Shown here in pieces: positions 27,614 through 37,766 of a stretch of 64,000 nucleotides of DNA. The position numbers were made by a program, and so were the translations under genes. Below the pieces are notes generated by a model. That model had not been told where the DNA came from. It made no database searches and worked only from the letters and a program-made list of their open reading frames with translations. The DNA comes from Candidatus Latescibacterota bacterium. Lineage in GTDB: Bacteria > Latescibacterota > UBA2968 > GCA-2709665. The stretch lies in NCBI GenBank assembly GCA_963662665.2, contig CAXXJS010000030.1:64001-128000 (forward strand). The letters run 5' to 3'. Numbering within the stretch: position 1 is the first letter of the stretch; each line of letters opens with the position of its first letter.

Positions 27614-28666
27614 TCAGGATTCGAAGCAGGATCTGAGCTCTGCTGTGCGGGGATCGGGGCTGAGGGGCGTTGCGAGAATTTGTCGAAGTTGCTCCAGCCG
27701 TGCTTTGGGGTTCCGCCAGCTATGCAGCAACGGATGATGGGGATCGGGCAGGGCACCCAGGAGAGATTGCGCGGCCAGCAGGTGGAAAACAAAGTGGTGT
27801 CCGTCCAGCAGGGCCGCAATCTCCGTTTCCGGCTCTGTTCGGTATTCGGCTGCAAGGGCGGCATATCGCGCGGCAAGCGCAGGCGTCAGCGCGCTGCAAG
27901 TCCTGCCCTCCGGTCGACCTGCGCCATGGGAGGTCGTGTACTGGGTCAACCGGCGCTCGGGCCAGTCCCAGCCGATTTTTGAGAATTCAATAAAACGCAG
28001 GGTTTGCGCGGCCGGGTTGATGACGATGTTGCGGGCCTGATAGTCGGTCGGGCCGGGCAGCGGCGTCGCCCGTTCGAGGAACTGAAGAAGCTCAGCGAGT
28101 ACATTGCGGATTCTGGTGGAACGCTTGCGGATCGCAGTTTCCGAGAGCGCTTCAGCGAGACGCGGCAGGGCAAGAGGTCGGGTGGTTCGCCGCCAGGTCC
28201 GACGCAGTTCCTGCGGGCAGCAACCCGGAAAGGACCGCGGAGAGAAAACTTCGCGCTGTGCGTGAAAGGCGGATTGAATTTGGGAAAAACCCACCACGGC
28301 GAGACTGCCGTAGCCTTCCGCGGCGCCATCCTGGCAGACGTCGTCGAGGGTGTGGTCTCCGCACCATTCGTAAAAAACCAGGTCGTGTTCCAAATCGGCG
28401 GCATAGAGCCTGGGGATGGGTCCATCGGACAGGCACGCGTGGACAAGCTGTTCAACGGCGAGCAGGTCGTGGGGTCTGCCGCGTGTCAGGGGAGCGAATA
28501 CGTGGTGTTTGGCCACGAGGAGTGAGCCGTCGCCGAGAGCGACTCTCCAGACGTTCGGGTGCCGTGGAACGGGCTGGATTTCCGTCACCGCGAAATCGCC
28601 GGGAACGGTGGTGGGAGCGATACGCCGGACGGCCGCGATCAACGGGTCGGTGGAAGGAACACGCAT
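27614..28666 (-). CDS. Aminoglycoside-phosphotransferase/kinase-like protein
   Basis: LVAKHH, PRLYAAD, catalytic-loop-like TDYQARNIV, FIEF in place of DFG. Confidence 0.6.
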   Translation of the reverse strand: MRVPSTDPLIAAVRRIAPTTVPGDFAVTEIQPVPRHPNVWRVALGDGSLLVAKHHVFAPLTRGRPHDLLAVEQLVHACLSDGPIPRLYAADLEHDLVFYEWCGDHTLDDVCQDGAAEGYGSLAVVGFSQIQSAFHAQREVFSPRSFPGCCPQELRRTWRRTTRPLALPRLAEALSETAIRKRSTRIRNVLAELLQFLERATPLPGPTDYQARNIVINPAAQTLRFIEFSKIGWDWPERRLTQYTTSHGAGRPEGRTCSALTPALAARYAALAAEYRTEPETEIAALLDGHHFVFHLLAAQSLLGALPDPHHPLLHSWRNPKARLEQLRQILATPLSPDPRTAELRSCFES

Positions 28667-28683
28667 GGATCGAGAAGGACGCC

Positions 28684-29955
28684 TTACTTCTGCCGGGTCT
28701 GCCTCTTTCGCAGGGTCAGAAATTCCGGTGCTTCACGAATGCAGGAGACAAGGATGCCCAGAGAACGACGGAATGCGCTGAACCCGGTGCGTTGGATCTC
28801 GGCGGCGGCGTCTCCCACGTTCTCAAAGCCGGCGTCCGTCGGGACCGCGACCTCCCAGTTTCTGAACAGCCGGCCCCAGGCGCTTTCCAGAACCTCCCGC
28901 ATGCGTTTCCTGGCGAGAAAAGGGTACCAGAAGCTGTCGTGGTAGAGAACGCTGGCGAGATAGGACCAGGGCGCGAGGAACGTCTTGAGAGACCACTCGA
29001 CGGGCCTCTTGAGAGGTCCCCAGTAGATCTTGTGCTGCATTCGGGAGGCAAAGGTCATTTTACGGAAGGGTCCCGAGAATTGCCAGTTTTCCCCGGCCGC
29101 GGCAATATCACCAACAATCTGAATCCGGCGCGGGTCGCCGCAACCCAGGCCCCGGTCGTGGGCGAGCCGGATGTATTTGATGGAGAGCGGATCCATTCCC
29201 ATCATTTTAGCGGCCACCGCATCGATGGCCACCTGGTCGGCGCCAGCCAGGATTACGTTCTTAACAAACGGAACCATGCACCGTGGGCCGGGTCCGTCTC
29301 CGGCAAACGTGCCGTCCATCACGGCGAATACACCGGGATGGATCTTCTTCTGGATCATCAACAGGTCTACGAGGGTCTCGTGAATGACCGGATGGGTCCA
29401 GTGACGCCGTTCGTTGAGCAGACCGCCGAACGCGTTTTTCATGGCCCCGGTTGTGGTGGTAAATACGTGGGTCTTTACGGTGGGCAGATGGACGATGTTC
29501 TCCCCGATCAGGCGTCTGGGAATGTGAAAGCCTTCCGGATAGACCTGGTTAAGGCATATGAACTCATCGGCGAGGCTGCCCACCGCATCCCGGACGTGGA
29601 TCCATTCTTCGCCTTCATAGAGGTGGATATTGCGCAGGCCGTGGGTGTTTACCACGTTGACCTGTTTGTTCTCACGCTCGCCCAGGCGTGCGTCGATAAC
29701 GACCGTTCGGTTATGGCAGGCGTGGATCAGGTCCTTGCGATAACCGTCCTTTGCCATGGCGCGGATCACGCCTTCGAGTTGCCACGGGGTCGTGGAACTT
29801 CCGGGGTAGAAGAAATGCCAGGAGATATTGACCTTGAGGGCGGTGTCCAGCCCCTTGTCCAGGACGTCCTGGTACCCGGCCAGGTTCATGAGCCTGTGAT
29901 AGTCTCTCAAGACGGTTTCAGGTCTGGTTTTTAGAACGGCAACCTGGCTCTGCAT
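28684..29955 (-). CDS. DUF362-family (putative Fe-S) protein
   Basis: LKVNISWH, LPTVKTH, TGAMKNAFGG, DQVAIDAVAAKMMG. Confidence 0.8.
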   Translation of the reverse strand: MQSQVAVLKTRPETVLRDYHRLMNLAGYQDVLDKGLDTALKVNISWHFFYPGSSTTPWQLEGVIRAMAKDGYRKDLIHACHNRTVVIDARLGERENKQVNVVNTHGLRNIHLYEGEEWIHVRDAVGSLADEFICLNQVYPEGFHIPRRLIGENIVHLPTVKTHVFTTTTGAMKNAFGGLLNERRHWTHPVIHETLVDLLMIQKKIHPGVFAVMDGTFAGDGPGPRCMVPFVKNVILAGADQVAIDAVAAKMMGMDPLSIKYIRLAHDRGLGCGDPRRIQIVGDIAAAGENWQFSGPFRKMTFASRMQHKIYWGPLKRPVEWSLKTFLAPWSYLASVLYHDSFWYPFLARKRMREVLESAWGRLFRNWEVAVPTDAGFENVGDAAAEIQRTGFSAFRRSLGILVSCIREAPEFLTLRKRQTRQK

Positions 29956-30017
29956 TTCGCGTGCTTTCGAGCGGAGGCGGGGAGGCGGTGGGGCCGGCAG
30001 AGGTCGAACGACAACGG

Positions 30018-30887
30018 TTACTCGAAATAAAGGACGGCGACTACGGCAAGAAACCAGAGGCCGCCGTTAATCAGCAGCGATGGGTCGCCCAGAATGGTGG
30101 AAGACGGATTACCTCCCTCGTTCCTGGCGTAGACCAGATAGAGGTAACGCAGAAGCCCGTAAATCACGAAGGGGATGGTGAGGTTGAGATGCGGTGTTCC
30201 GAGCTTCTGTACGACGTCGGGCGACATGGTGTACAGCGCGTATGAAACGAGAGCGCCGGCGGTTACAACGGCAATCATCTGGTCCAGAAACCGCGGCGTG
30301 TATTCATCCAGAATACGTCGATGACCGGCAGCGCCGGATTCCAGGAGGATCAATTCCTGCCGACGTTTGACAAATCCCATAAAGAGCGCCAGCAACACCG
30401 TGCATAGAATGAGCCACGAGGAGATTTCCACGCTGATGACGAGGGCGCCGGCAATCGCCCGCAAAAGGTATCCGGAGGCAATGATCATCACGTCCAGAAT
30501 GACGACGTGCTTGAGAAAGAGCGAATAGGCGACGTTCATCAGTCCGTACGCCAGCAGAATACAACCGAAGGGGACACTCAGCAGAAAAGCAAGCGGGAAG
30601 ACCGAAAGCGCGATCACAATGGAAGCAATCCCCGCGGCGGCGGGGCTCAACCGCCCCGCCGCAACCGGCCGGTTACGCTTTTCGGGATGCCGACGGTCGG
30701 ATTCGACGTCTCGAATGTCGTTCAGAAGGTAAACGGAACTGGAGACAAGACAGAAGAGAAGGAATGCGCCGCCGCTACGCGTGAGATAGCGACCGTCGAG
30801 CAGGTGTTCCGAAAAAACAAGCGGCGCCAGTACGAACACGCTCTTTATCCACTGTTGCGGCCGCAGGGATTGAATGAGTGGACGCAT
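30018..30887 (-). CDS. UbiA-family prenyltransferase (decaprenyl-phosphate phosphoribosyltransferase-like)
   Basis: LRPQQWIK, YLLNDIRDVESDRRHPEKRNRP, YSLFLKHVVILDV, KRRQE; multiple TM helices. Confidence 0.88.
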   Translation of the reverse strand: MRPLIQSLRPQQWIKSVFVLAPLVFSEHLLDGRYLTRSGGAFLLFCLVSSSVYLLNDIRDVESDRRHPEKRNRPVAAGRLSPAAAGIASIVIALSVFPLAFLLSVPFGCILLAYGLMNVAYSLFLKHVVILDVMIIASGYLLRAIAGALVISVEISSWLILCTVLLALFMGFVKRRQELILLESGAAGHRRILDEYTPRFLDQMIAVVTAGALVSYALYTMSPDVVQKLGTPHLNLTIPFVIYGLLRYLYLVYARNEGGNPSSTILGDPSLLINGGLWFLAVVAVLYFE

Positions 30888-30972
30888 TTGGGTGGGGGCC
30901 CGGATGTCGGAATGCAGGGATTGAAGTCTGAACAGGTCGAACGCGCTTCTTGATTCGATCCAGCCACAATCG

Positions 30973-33900
30973 TCAGATTGTCAATCCGAAGTAGATGCGG
31001 CTCTTGTCTATGTCGACGCCCTGGATGCGCTGGCGGGTGGGAAAGGCAATCTGAAAATAACCGTACATCGGAAGTCTGTAGTTGGTGAACATCTGCATCC
31101 GGAGTTCGAAGCCCCAGTCGGTGAGGAACGCGGAGCGTTTGAACCTGTCGTCGGAGTCCAGCAGGGCGCGCAGGCTCTCGAAATTGCCCGTGGCGCCGGT
31201 TTCCACGAAGAGGGTGCCGTAGACTTTATCGAAATGGAATGGAGGCAGTTCTTTCGCCGCGTTCTTGAAGATGGGAAACGTCAGGCTGGCCCTCGCGAGC
31301 AGGGCTTTCCCGCCGGACGTGGAGAAATACGGGTATCCCCTGAGCGTGCCAATTCCGCCAAGATAGTACCGCAGTGGATAATAGAATACGCCTTCCGCAG
31401 ACGAGGTGTTCTCCTGGACGTCTTTTATGGGTTTGTCTTTGTACGCAAGAAAAGCCTGGAGGGCAAACGTGGCTCGCCCGGGAAGGCCGATGAATTCATT
31501 CCACGACACAATGTATTCGTTGATACCCAACTTTGTCGGGTCGGACCGGTACGTCGTGGCGGCAACGCCGTCCTGGTTTAACTGGGTCTGAAATAGCGAG
31601 TCAGTAACGGCGGCGTTGATCCGCCGGTATCTCAACGTGATTGCCCTGCCCCGGGAGGGGTTCACGAACATATCTTTTGAGGGCAGGAAATTGAGGTATC
31701 GCCATCCGACGGCAAGGTCGTTACTCTTGAAGAAGCTGAGGTCCCGGTAGAGGAAATCGTCGAATACAACCTCATCTTCTCCAAGTCCTGGAATCTGGTC
31801 GGTAATATCGGTGATGACGCCGCTTCTGTTCTGAACCAGCCGCGTGCTGTCCAGTATGACCTGGTTCGTAAAGGTGCTCTCCTTGTACTGCCGGCGGCTG
31901 TACGTTATCGAAAGCACCTGACGCCTGCCGATACTCGCTTCAACGCCCATCACAAAATCGTTAAACATGTTTTTGTACGTGTCTTCCTGGGAGAGCGAGA
32001 GATTGGTGAAACTGGTGACGCCCGGTACCAGCCGCAGTGTGTCGTCAATTACGATCTGCAGCGTGCCCGAAGTGGTGTCCCGGCGGGAGTCCACGATGCC
32101 CCGATCGATGAGGCTGTTGATGGTCTGCTGGCTGGCGCCTATGAAGAACCTGGGGGCGTAGGTCCGGTCTTCCGTGTGAACGGCGGGCAGGCCCTTCGTG
32201 TAGAACGCGGAAAAATTGGAGTTGAGGTCCACACCCTTCTTCAGGTTCTTGCCGACCGTAAAGCCGGTGTAGATATTGTCGCTTCCCAGGAGGTCTCCCC
32301 ACGTGGCTTCGGCGCCGACGCTGAGCTGATCCAGTCCGAACCGATTGCCGATGAAGGTCGGTCCCAGCACCAGAATGGGCACAACCCCTATAGAGGCCAG
32401 GCGGGGGGCGTACCGTCCGGTATTGAACAGGTCGCCGACTTTCTTGCCCTTGTAAATGCTGCTATAGTCCCGAACCAGGGAATCGGGCGCCGCGGCCGCA
32501 ACGGCGCCCGATTTCCGTATGCGGTAGATGTTGTAATTGGCTGCGTGATAGCCGGAATAAAGGATCTCGTCGCCGCCCGGCGAGACCGAGGGCGAAAAGG
32601 CGCCGCCGATGACGTTCGTGAGCTGTTCCTGTCTGCCCGTCGCAAGGTCCAGGGCGTAAAGGTTGAAGATGCCCGTCCGGTCGGAGGCGAACACGATTCC
32701 GCCGCCGCCGGGCTGCCAGACCGCGTCGCGTTCATCGGCTTTGGTATTGATAATCACTTCGAAGCCCGCGTTGTTGGCGTAGGCAAGGCTGTCTGGAAAG
32801 GCGACCATGCTGTCCCGGCTCGCGGCTTCAGCCAGCGCGAGGCTGTCCGCCTCCGCCTGGACGCTATCCACCCCGGTTTCGGCTTTCTTCCTTGCGGCGA
32901 TGCGCTCGGCCAGTTCTTCTCTCCCGGTTTTCTTCTTGTCTGTTTTCTTCGGCCGCGGGGTGGCGTCCGCACGGATGACGGCAAGGTCCCGGTCTTCCCC
33001 TCGGAAGATGCTGAAAAGGAGTCTGCCGCCGTCTTCCGACCACCGTGGCGTGTAATATTGTGTGCCGTTGTTGTTATTGGTCAGATAGCGGACCTCTGTG
33101 CCGTCGACGTTAAGGATGCCCAGGTTGGAGGTCCCGTCCCGGTTGCCCACGAAGGCGATCTTCGTGCCGTCGGGAGACACCGCGGGGTCTCTTCCTCTCA
33201 GACCGACCGTGAGCCGGCGTTCTTTTCTCGAGATGAGATCGTAGATGAAGATGTCCCAGTTGCCCCCTGTGGATCTGCTGTATACCAGGCTGTTTCCATC
33301 CGGTGTCCAGGAGAAAGGCAGGTTGACGTATTTCCCGTATTTTCGGCTTCTGGCCACCCTGGTTAATTTTCGCGTGGTCAGATCCATCACCAGCATTTCC
33401 ATGAACGCGTAGTCGCTGCCCTCGTTGCTGATGAACGCCATTTTCGTGCCGTCGGGCGAGTAGGTGGGGAAGTGTTCCACGTTACCCCGGTCTGAGATCA
33501 GTTCGCCCTCCCGTTCTCCCGCAGCGCGGATGGAATCGGCCAGAGCGCCGTATTTACGGCTGAGATGCCCGGCCCATTCGTCGTACAACGTGGGAGCGGA
33601 GATCCCGGTGCTCTTCTTGACGGCGGATTTGAAGTTGAATATGGGCCGGTCGCGGGACATGGCGCGCACCGAGTCCGCACCGTAGGTGTCGGCCAGGTAG
33701 TTCAGGAATGCATAGCCCTGGTTGTAGACCTGTTCCGACTTGAAGCCGTCTTTACCGAACACACCCATGTTCGTATAGGAAAGCAGGTCGTTTTCAAGCG
33801 TGGCCATCCTGAGAAGCATATCCCGGTGGGTATCCCAGAAGTCTCCCCCGTACTTTTCGGATTCAAACTGGGCGATGCCTTCGGCGTACCAGTTGGGCAT

Positions 33901-34539
33901 CGCGGAGTGGTAAAGAGGCAGAAAGAAACTGAAGTCAGGATTCTGGTTGGAGCGGCTGCTCCCGAGCAGGCCGAATACAAAGGGAAGGCTGTTGTGCGAG
34001 GATTTGAGCGTGATGTGGTGGGTGAGTTCGTGGGTGAAGACGTCGCGCACCCAATCGTGAGTGCCTCGCGAGTCCCAGTTGAGTGGCGAGGACCCGAACG
34101 AAATGAGATTGCCCAGGTAGAATGAAGAAGCGTTGCCCAGTATGTCTATATCGGAAACGACCACGTGTATCGGGGCGTAGCGTTCTATGGAACCCGGATA
34201 GTGGCGTGAAATCTTCTCAAAGATGTCGTCCGCAATTTCTGCAATGCGGCGGGCCGTATTCTCGGCTTCCGCGTAATAGATGGCGAAGTACTTCGTGCGG
34301 ATTGCCCGTGCGCCCGGGACATGAAGGCCGAGAAGAGCCGGGAAGAAATGACGCTCGTGTCTTTCCCAGGTGTAGTCGGGCATGGTGCGGTTTAAAGGCA
34401 CATCGGCAATGTCGACGGTGGGACCCTGTTTGAACCTTTTGGGGAATTGCTGGGCGTTGGAAGGGGAAAGAACACCAAACGAAATGGCGATTAAAATCCC
34501 GCTGAAGAGGCTGATGGTAAGGATCGTGGATCGGTTCAC
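30973..34539 (-). CDS. Outer-membrane protein: gluzincin-like peptidase, PD40/TolB beta-propeller and BamA/Omp85-like C-terminal barrel
   Basis: Signal peptide; HELTH and WYAEG; SPDG repeats; LGGIGTLRGY; ends RIYFGLTI; GTG start with AGGAG RBS. Confidence 0.75.
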   Translation of the reverse strand: MNRSTILTISLFSGILIAISFGVLSPSNAQQFPKRFKQGPTVDIADVPLNRTMPDYTWERHERHFFPALLGLHVPGARAIRTKYFAIYYAEAENTARRIAEIADDIFEKISRHYPGSIERYAPIHVVVSDIDILGNASSFYLGNLISFGSSPLNWDSRGTHDWVRDVFTHELTHHITLKSSHNSLPFVFGLLGSSRSNQNPDFSFFLPLYHSAMPNWYAEGIAQFESEKYGGDFWDTHRDMLLRMATLENDLLSYTNMGVFGKDGFKSEQVYNQGYAFLNYLADTYGADSVRAMSRDRPIFNFKSAVKKSTGISAPTLYDEWAGHLSRKYGALADSIRAAGEREGELISDRGNVEHFPTYSPDGTKMAFISNEGSDYAFMEMLVMDLTTRKLTRVARSRKYGKYVNLPFSWTPDGNSLVYSRSTGGNWDIFIYDLISRKERRLTVGLRGRDPAVSPDGTKIAFVGNRDGTSNLGILNVDGTEVRYLTNNNNGTQYYTPRWSEDGGRLLFSIFRGEDRDLAVIRADATPRPKKTDKKKTGREELAERIAARKKAETGVDSVQAEADSLALAEAASRDSMVAFPDSLAYANNAGFEVIINTKADERDAVWQPGGGGIVFASDRTGIFNLYALDLATGRQEQLTNVIGGAFSPSVSPGGDEILYSGYHAANYNIYRIRKSGAVAAAAPDSLVRDYSSIYKGKKVGDLFNTGRYAPRLASIGVVPILVLGPTFIGNRFGLDQLSVGAEATWGDLLGSDNIYTGFTVGKNLKKGVDLNSNFSAFYTKGLPAVHTEDRTYAPRFFIGASQQTINSLIDRGIVDSRRDTTSGTLQIVIDDTLRLVPGVTSFTNLSLSQEDTYKNMFNDFVMGVEASIGRRQVLSITYSRRQYKESTFTNQVILDSTRLVQNRSGVITDITDQIPGLGEDEVVFDDFLYRDLSFFKSNDLAVGWRYLNFLPSKDMFVNPSRGRAITLRYRRINAAVTDSLFQTQLNQDGVAATTYRSDPTKLGINEYIVSWNEFIGLPGRATFALQAFLAYKDKPIKDVQENTSSAEGVFYYPLRYYLGGIGTLRGYPYFSTSGGKALLARASLTFPIFKNAAKELPPFHFDKVYGTLFVETGATGNFESLRALLDSDDRFKRSAFLTDWGFELRMQMFTNYRLPMYGYFQIAFPTRQRIQGVDIDKSRIYFGLTI

Positions 34540-34697
34540 GTGCTTCTCCTGGACTTCGGTGGTGGAATTGGACGGCCTTCGTGAAGTTGAACCGGCTGCC
34601 AGGGCCCGGGTCGACAGCCCTGTTTTGCCCGCGACGGTCACGGTCTGGCCGTAAAGTTACATTATTAGACCTCCAAAGACAACTAACGGTTCCAAGA

Positions 34698-35687
34698 TCA
34701 TGGCATCGGGAGGTGTTGCCGGGTCCGCAGGATACAGGCGACGCTGCGGTTCCCGCCAATTTCAAGCAGTTCGGGCACGATTTTCGTGCAGGCGTCTTCG
34801 CGCTCCGGGCAGCGGGGATGGAAAGGGCAACCCTGAGGCACATTCGACGGGCTGGGTACGTCGCCGGTGAGTATCGTGCGTTGTTTCTTTACGCGCGGGT
34901 CCGGCACGGGAACGGCCGAGAGCAGGGCGCGGGTATACGGGTGTTGTGGATCGCTGCAGAGGGTGTGGCTGTCCGCAATTTCCACGATTCGCCCCAGGTA
35001 CATCACCGCGATGCGGTTGGAGATGTGTCTGACAACGCTCAGGTCGTGCGCGACGAACAGAAAGGTAAGGCCGAACCGTGCCTGAAGATCCTGGAGAAGA
35101 TTGATGATTTGCGCCTGAATGGATACATCCAGGGCGGAGACGGGTTCGTCCGCGACGATAAATTCCGGATTCACGGCAAGGGCCCGGGAAATGCCTATGC
35201 GCTGGCGCTGGCCGCCGCTGAATTCGTGGGGATACCGGCGCGCGTGGGCGGGACGGAGACCAACCGTGTCCAGAAGTTCGGCCACCCGCTCCCTCGTATC
35301 GTTGCCATTGGTGAGTTTGTGGATTTTCAGCGCTTCGGCCAGCATCCCCCCCACGGTCATGCGGGGGTTCAGCGAACTGTAGGGGTCCTGGAAGATGATC
35401 TGCATACGGCGCCTCAGGGCGCGAAGTTCGGAGCGGTTCAGGTTGAAGACGTCGAGCCCGTTGAACAGTACGCGACCCGCGGAGGCCTCGATGAGCCGAA
35501 GGATCGTTCTTCCGGCGGTGGTTTTGCCGCAACCGGATTCTCCCACCAATCCCAGGGTTTCTCCCCGTAGAACGCTGAACGAAACCCCGTCTACCGCCTT
35601 CACGTAACCAACGGTCCGGGAGAAAACGCCGCGGGTGATGGGGAAGTGTTTCTTGAGGCCGTGTACTTCGAGCAATGGCTTGGACAT
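34698..35687 (-). CDS. oppF: Oligopeptide ABC transporter ATP-binding subunit
   Basis: [37 protein letters not shown]. Confidence 0.92.
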   Translation of the reverse strand: MSKPLLEVHGLKKHFPITRGVFSRTVGYVKAVDGVSFSVLRGETLGLVGESGCGKTTAGRTILRLIEASAGRVLFNGLDVFNLNRSELRALRRRMQIIFQDPYSSLNPRMTVGGMLAEALKIHKLTNGNDTRERVAELLDTVGLRPAHARRYPHEFSGGQRQRIGISRALAVNPEFIVADEPVSALDVSIQAQIINLLQDLQARFGLTFLFVAHDLSVVRHISNRIAVMYLGRIVEIADSHTLCSDPQHPYTRALLSAVPVPDPRVKKQRTILTGDVPSPSNVPQGCPFHPRCPEREDACTKIVPELLEIGGNRSVACILRTRQHLPMP

Positions 35688-35697
35688 ATCGATCCGA

Positions 35698-36687
35698 TCA
35701 CGTCGCGGGAGAGGGATTGTCTTCGACCATCCAGCACGCTGCGAGGCGGTTGCCGGCGGCCGGTTCCAGGCGAGGCTCGTCCGTTTCACATATGCCCTCG
35801 GCCAGCGTACACCGGGGAGCGAACCGGCACCCCGGCGGGAAGCGCGTGGCGTCCGGAACGGTCCCGGGAATAACGGAGAGCCGGTTTTTTTCTTCGTTGA
35901 GCGAGGGAATGGACTCCAGCAGCCCTTTCGTATACGGGTGCTGCGGGCTGGTGAAGATTTCATCCACGGTTCCGGTTTCCACGATCTTTCCGGCGTACAT
36001 GACCGCCACGCGGTCCGCGACCTCCGCGATGACGCCGAGATCGTGCGTAATCATCAGGACGGCCATCCCCAATTCTCTTTGCAGCCGGTCCAGAAGTTCC
36101 AGAATCTGGGCCTGAATGGTCACGTCCAGCGCCGTGGTGGGTTCGTCTGCGATGAGCAGTCCCGGATTGCAGCAGAGGGCCATGGCAATCATCACCCGCT
36201 GGCGCATGCCGCCGGAAAGCTGGTGAGGATATACGTTTGCCCGTTCTCCGGGATCCGGTATACCCACCAGGTCAAGCATGTCCACGGTCCTGGCCCGGGC
36301 GGTGCCTTTACCAACTCGCTGATGGAGCATAACGGCTTCGTCAATCTGGTCTCCGCAGGTGAAGACCGGGTTGAGGCTTGTCATCGGCTCCTGGAAAATC
36401 ATCGCGATATCGTTGCCTCTTACACCCTGGAGTGCCGCCTCGTCCAGACGCAGAAGATTCCGTCCGTCGAACCGGATCTCCCCCGATACGATTTCACCCG
36501 GTGGTTCGGGAATCAGACGCATAACGGACAGAGACGTGACGCTCTTGCCGCAACCGGACTCTCCAACCAGACCCAGTGTCTCCCCCCTGTCGAGGGTGAA
36601 GGAGACCCCGTCTACGGCTTTGGCGATCCCGCCGTCCGTGTAAAAGTGTGTCTTCAGATCATCGACGGTTAATAGAGGTTCCGACAT
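35698..36687 (-). CDS. oppD: Oligopeptide ABC transporter ATP-binding subunit
   Basis: [33 protein letters not shown]. Confidence 0.92.
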   Translation of the reverse strand: MSEPLLTVDDLKTHFYTDGGIAKAVDGVSFTLDRGETLGLVGESGCGKSVTSLSVMRLIPEPPGEIVSGEIRFDGRNLLRLDEAALQGVRGNDIAMIFQEPMTSLNPVFTCGDQIDEAVMLHQRVGKGTARARTVDMLDLVGIPDPGERANVYPHQLSGGMRQRVMIAMALCCNPGLLIADEPTTALDVTIQAQILELLDRLQRELGMAVLMITHDLGVIAEVADRVAVMYAGKIVETGTVDEIFTSPQHPYTKGLLESIPSLNEEKNRLSVIPGTVPDATRFPPGCRFAPRCTLAEGICETDEPRLEPAAGNRLAACWMVEDNPSPAT

Positions 36688-36796
36688 AAATCCGACCGTA
36701 AGTTGAACGTGCGTTTATTTCAAATGCGCCGCGAAACGGATTACCCCGCGTGTCCGTCAGAAACACCGCCGATCGGCAGTCGACCACCTGGCCGGG

Positions 36797-37540
36797 TCAG
36801 AAAAGCGGCGGATTCAGATTCAGCCAGTCTTCCAGAAGGAAGTCCACCCGGCCGATCAGCAGGGAGATGCGTGCCATCACGGTATAACCGAATGAAGCGC
36901 CGAATGAAACCATGAGGAAATAGATGCCAACCCTGGAGATGCCGCCGACGACCCCCTTATGCTCGATGGAGAAATAAAAGTAAATGAGTACGCTCACCAC
37001 GCCGATCAGGATGATCGCCGGGTTCAGCACAGCCCATCCGAAGTCCGTCGATGCCTGAGAAAACGGTCCGATTGTGGGTTCGATCTGCTCGATGATGAAG
37101 GAAGCAACCCGCCGGGGGATGGCCAGGCCGGCGCCGAGCCCCACGAAAAAGGCAAAGGAGATGCGGCTTAGCCAGACTGCCCTGCCGAAAAATCGGGTCA
37201 TCAGAAAGAGACCGAGGCAGGCCGGAACGACCACCCACCAATTGACGCCCGCGCCAGGCGGTGGACGGAAGAGGGGATTGACGACGTCCACGAGAATGCT
37301 CTGATACCAGACCAGGGCCAGTTCGTAGGCGGCGACGACCCCCACGTAGAGGTGCTCGGCCAGCTTGAAGAGCGGATTGTCCCGGTACAGGAAGCTGTAA
37401 AGGGCGAGCGTGATTCCTGCCGCGAGGATAACTCCGAAACCGGACCAGCTTGCATCCAGGCTGCCGACGGCCAGCAGATATCCGTTTACGATGGCGAAGA
37501 GCAGAATAAAGATCGGGAAGACGATGTGTTCTCTGGCCAT
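36797..37540 (-). CDS. Uncharacterised multi-pass membrane protein
   Basis: 247 aa, ~7 hydrophobic segments; SFLYRDNPLFKLAEHLYVG, FGASFGYTVMARISLLIGR. Confidence 0.8.
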   Translation of the reverse strand: MAREHIVFPIFILLFAIVNGYLLAVGSLDASWSGFGVILAAGITLALYSFLYRDNPLFKLAEHLYVGVVAAYELALVWYQSILVDVVNPLFRPPPGAGVNWWVVVPACLGLFLMTRFFGRAVWLSRISFAFFVGLGAGLAIPRRVASFIIEQIEPTIGPFSQASTDFGWAVLNPAIILIGVVSVLIYFYFSIEHKGVVGGISRVGIYFLMVSFGASFGYTVMARISLLIGRVDFLLEDWLNLNPPLF

Positions 37541-37766
37541 GCAGGTGTCCCTTTGGAAGCTGTTTTATAATCCCCAGCGGTCTTCGCGCGGCTGCAAAAG
37601 CGCCGGTCAGCGTTGGTCAAACCCACCCGTATTGAGAGGTCGAGGCTGCGCTCGCTCGCCTCTCTTGGGCAGCTTCGCCCGTCGGCGCTGCGCGCCCCTC
37701 GCGCCTCATAACCGACACCTTTTCGCTCGCGCTCGGGAACTCACCGGTAAATTTAAAACCAGCTTC

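Noticed and set aside
28258-29934. Long plus-strand ORFs (also 23443..24606, 32176..33366, 46437..47810, 48188..49699, 58462..59637)
   Set aside because: Antisense to clearly identifiable genes; expected in high-GC DNA; no recognisable motifs
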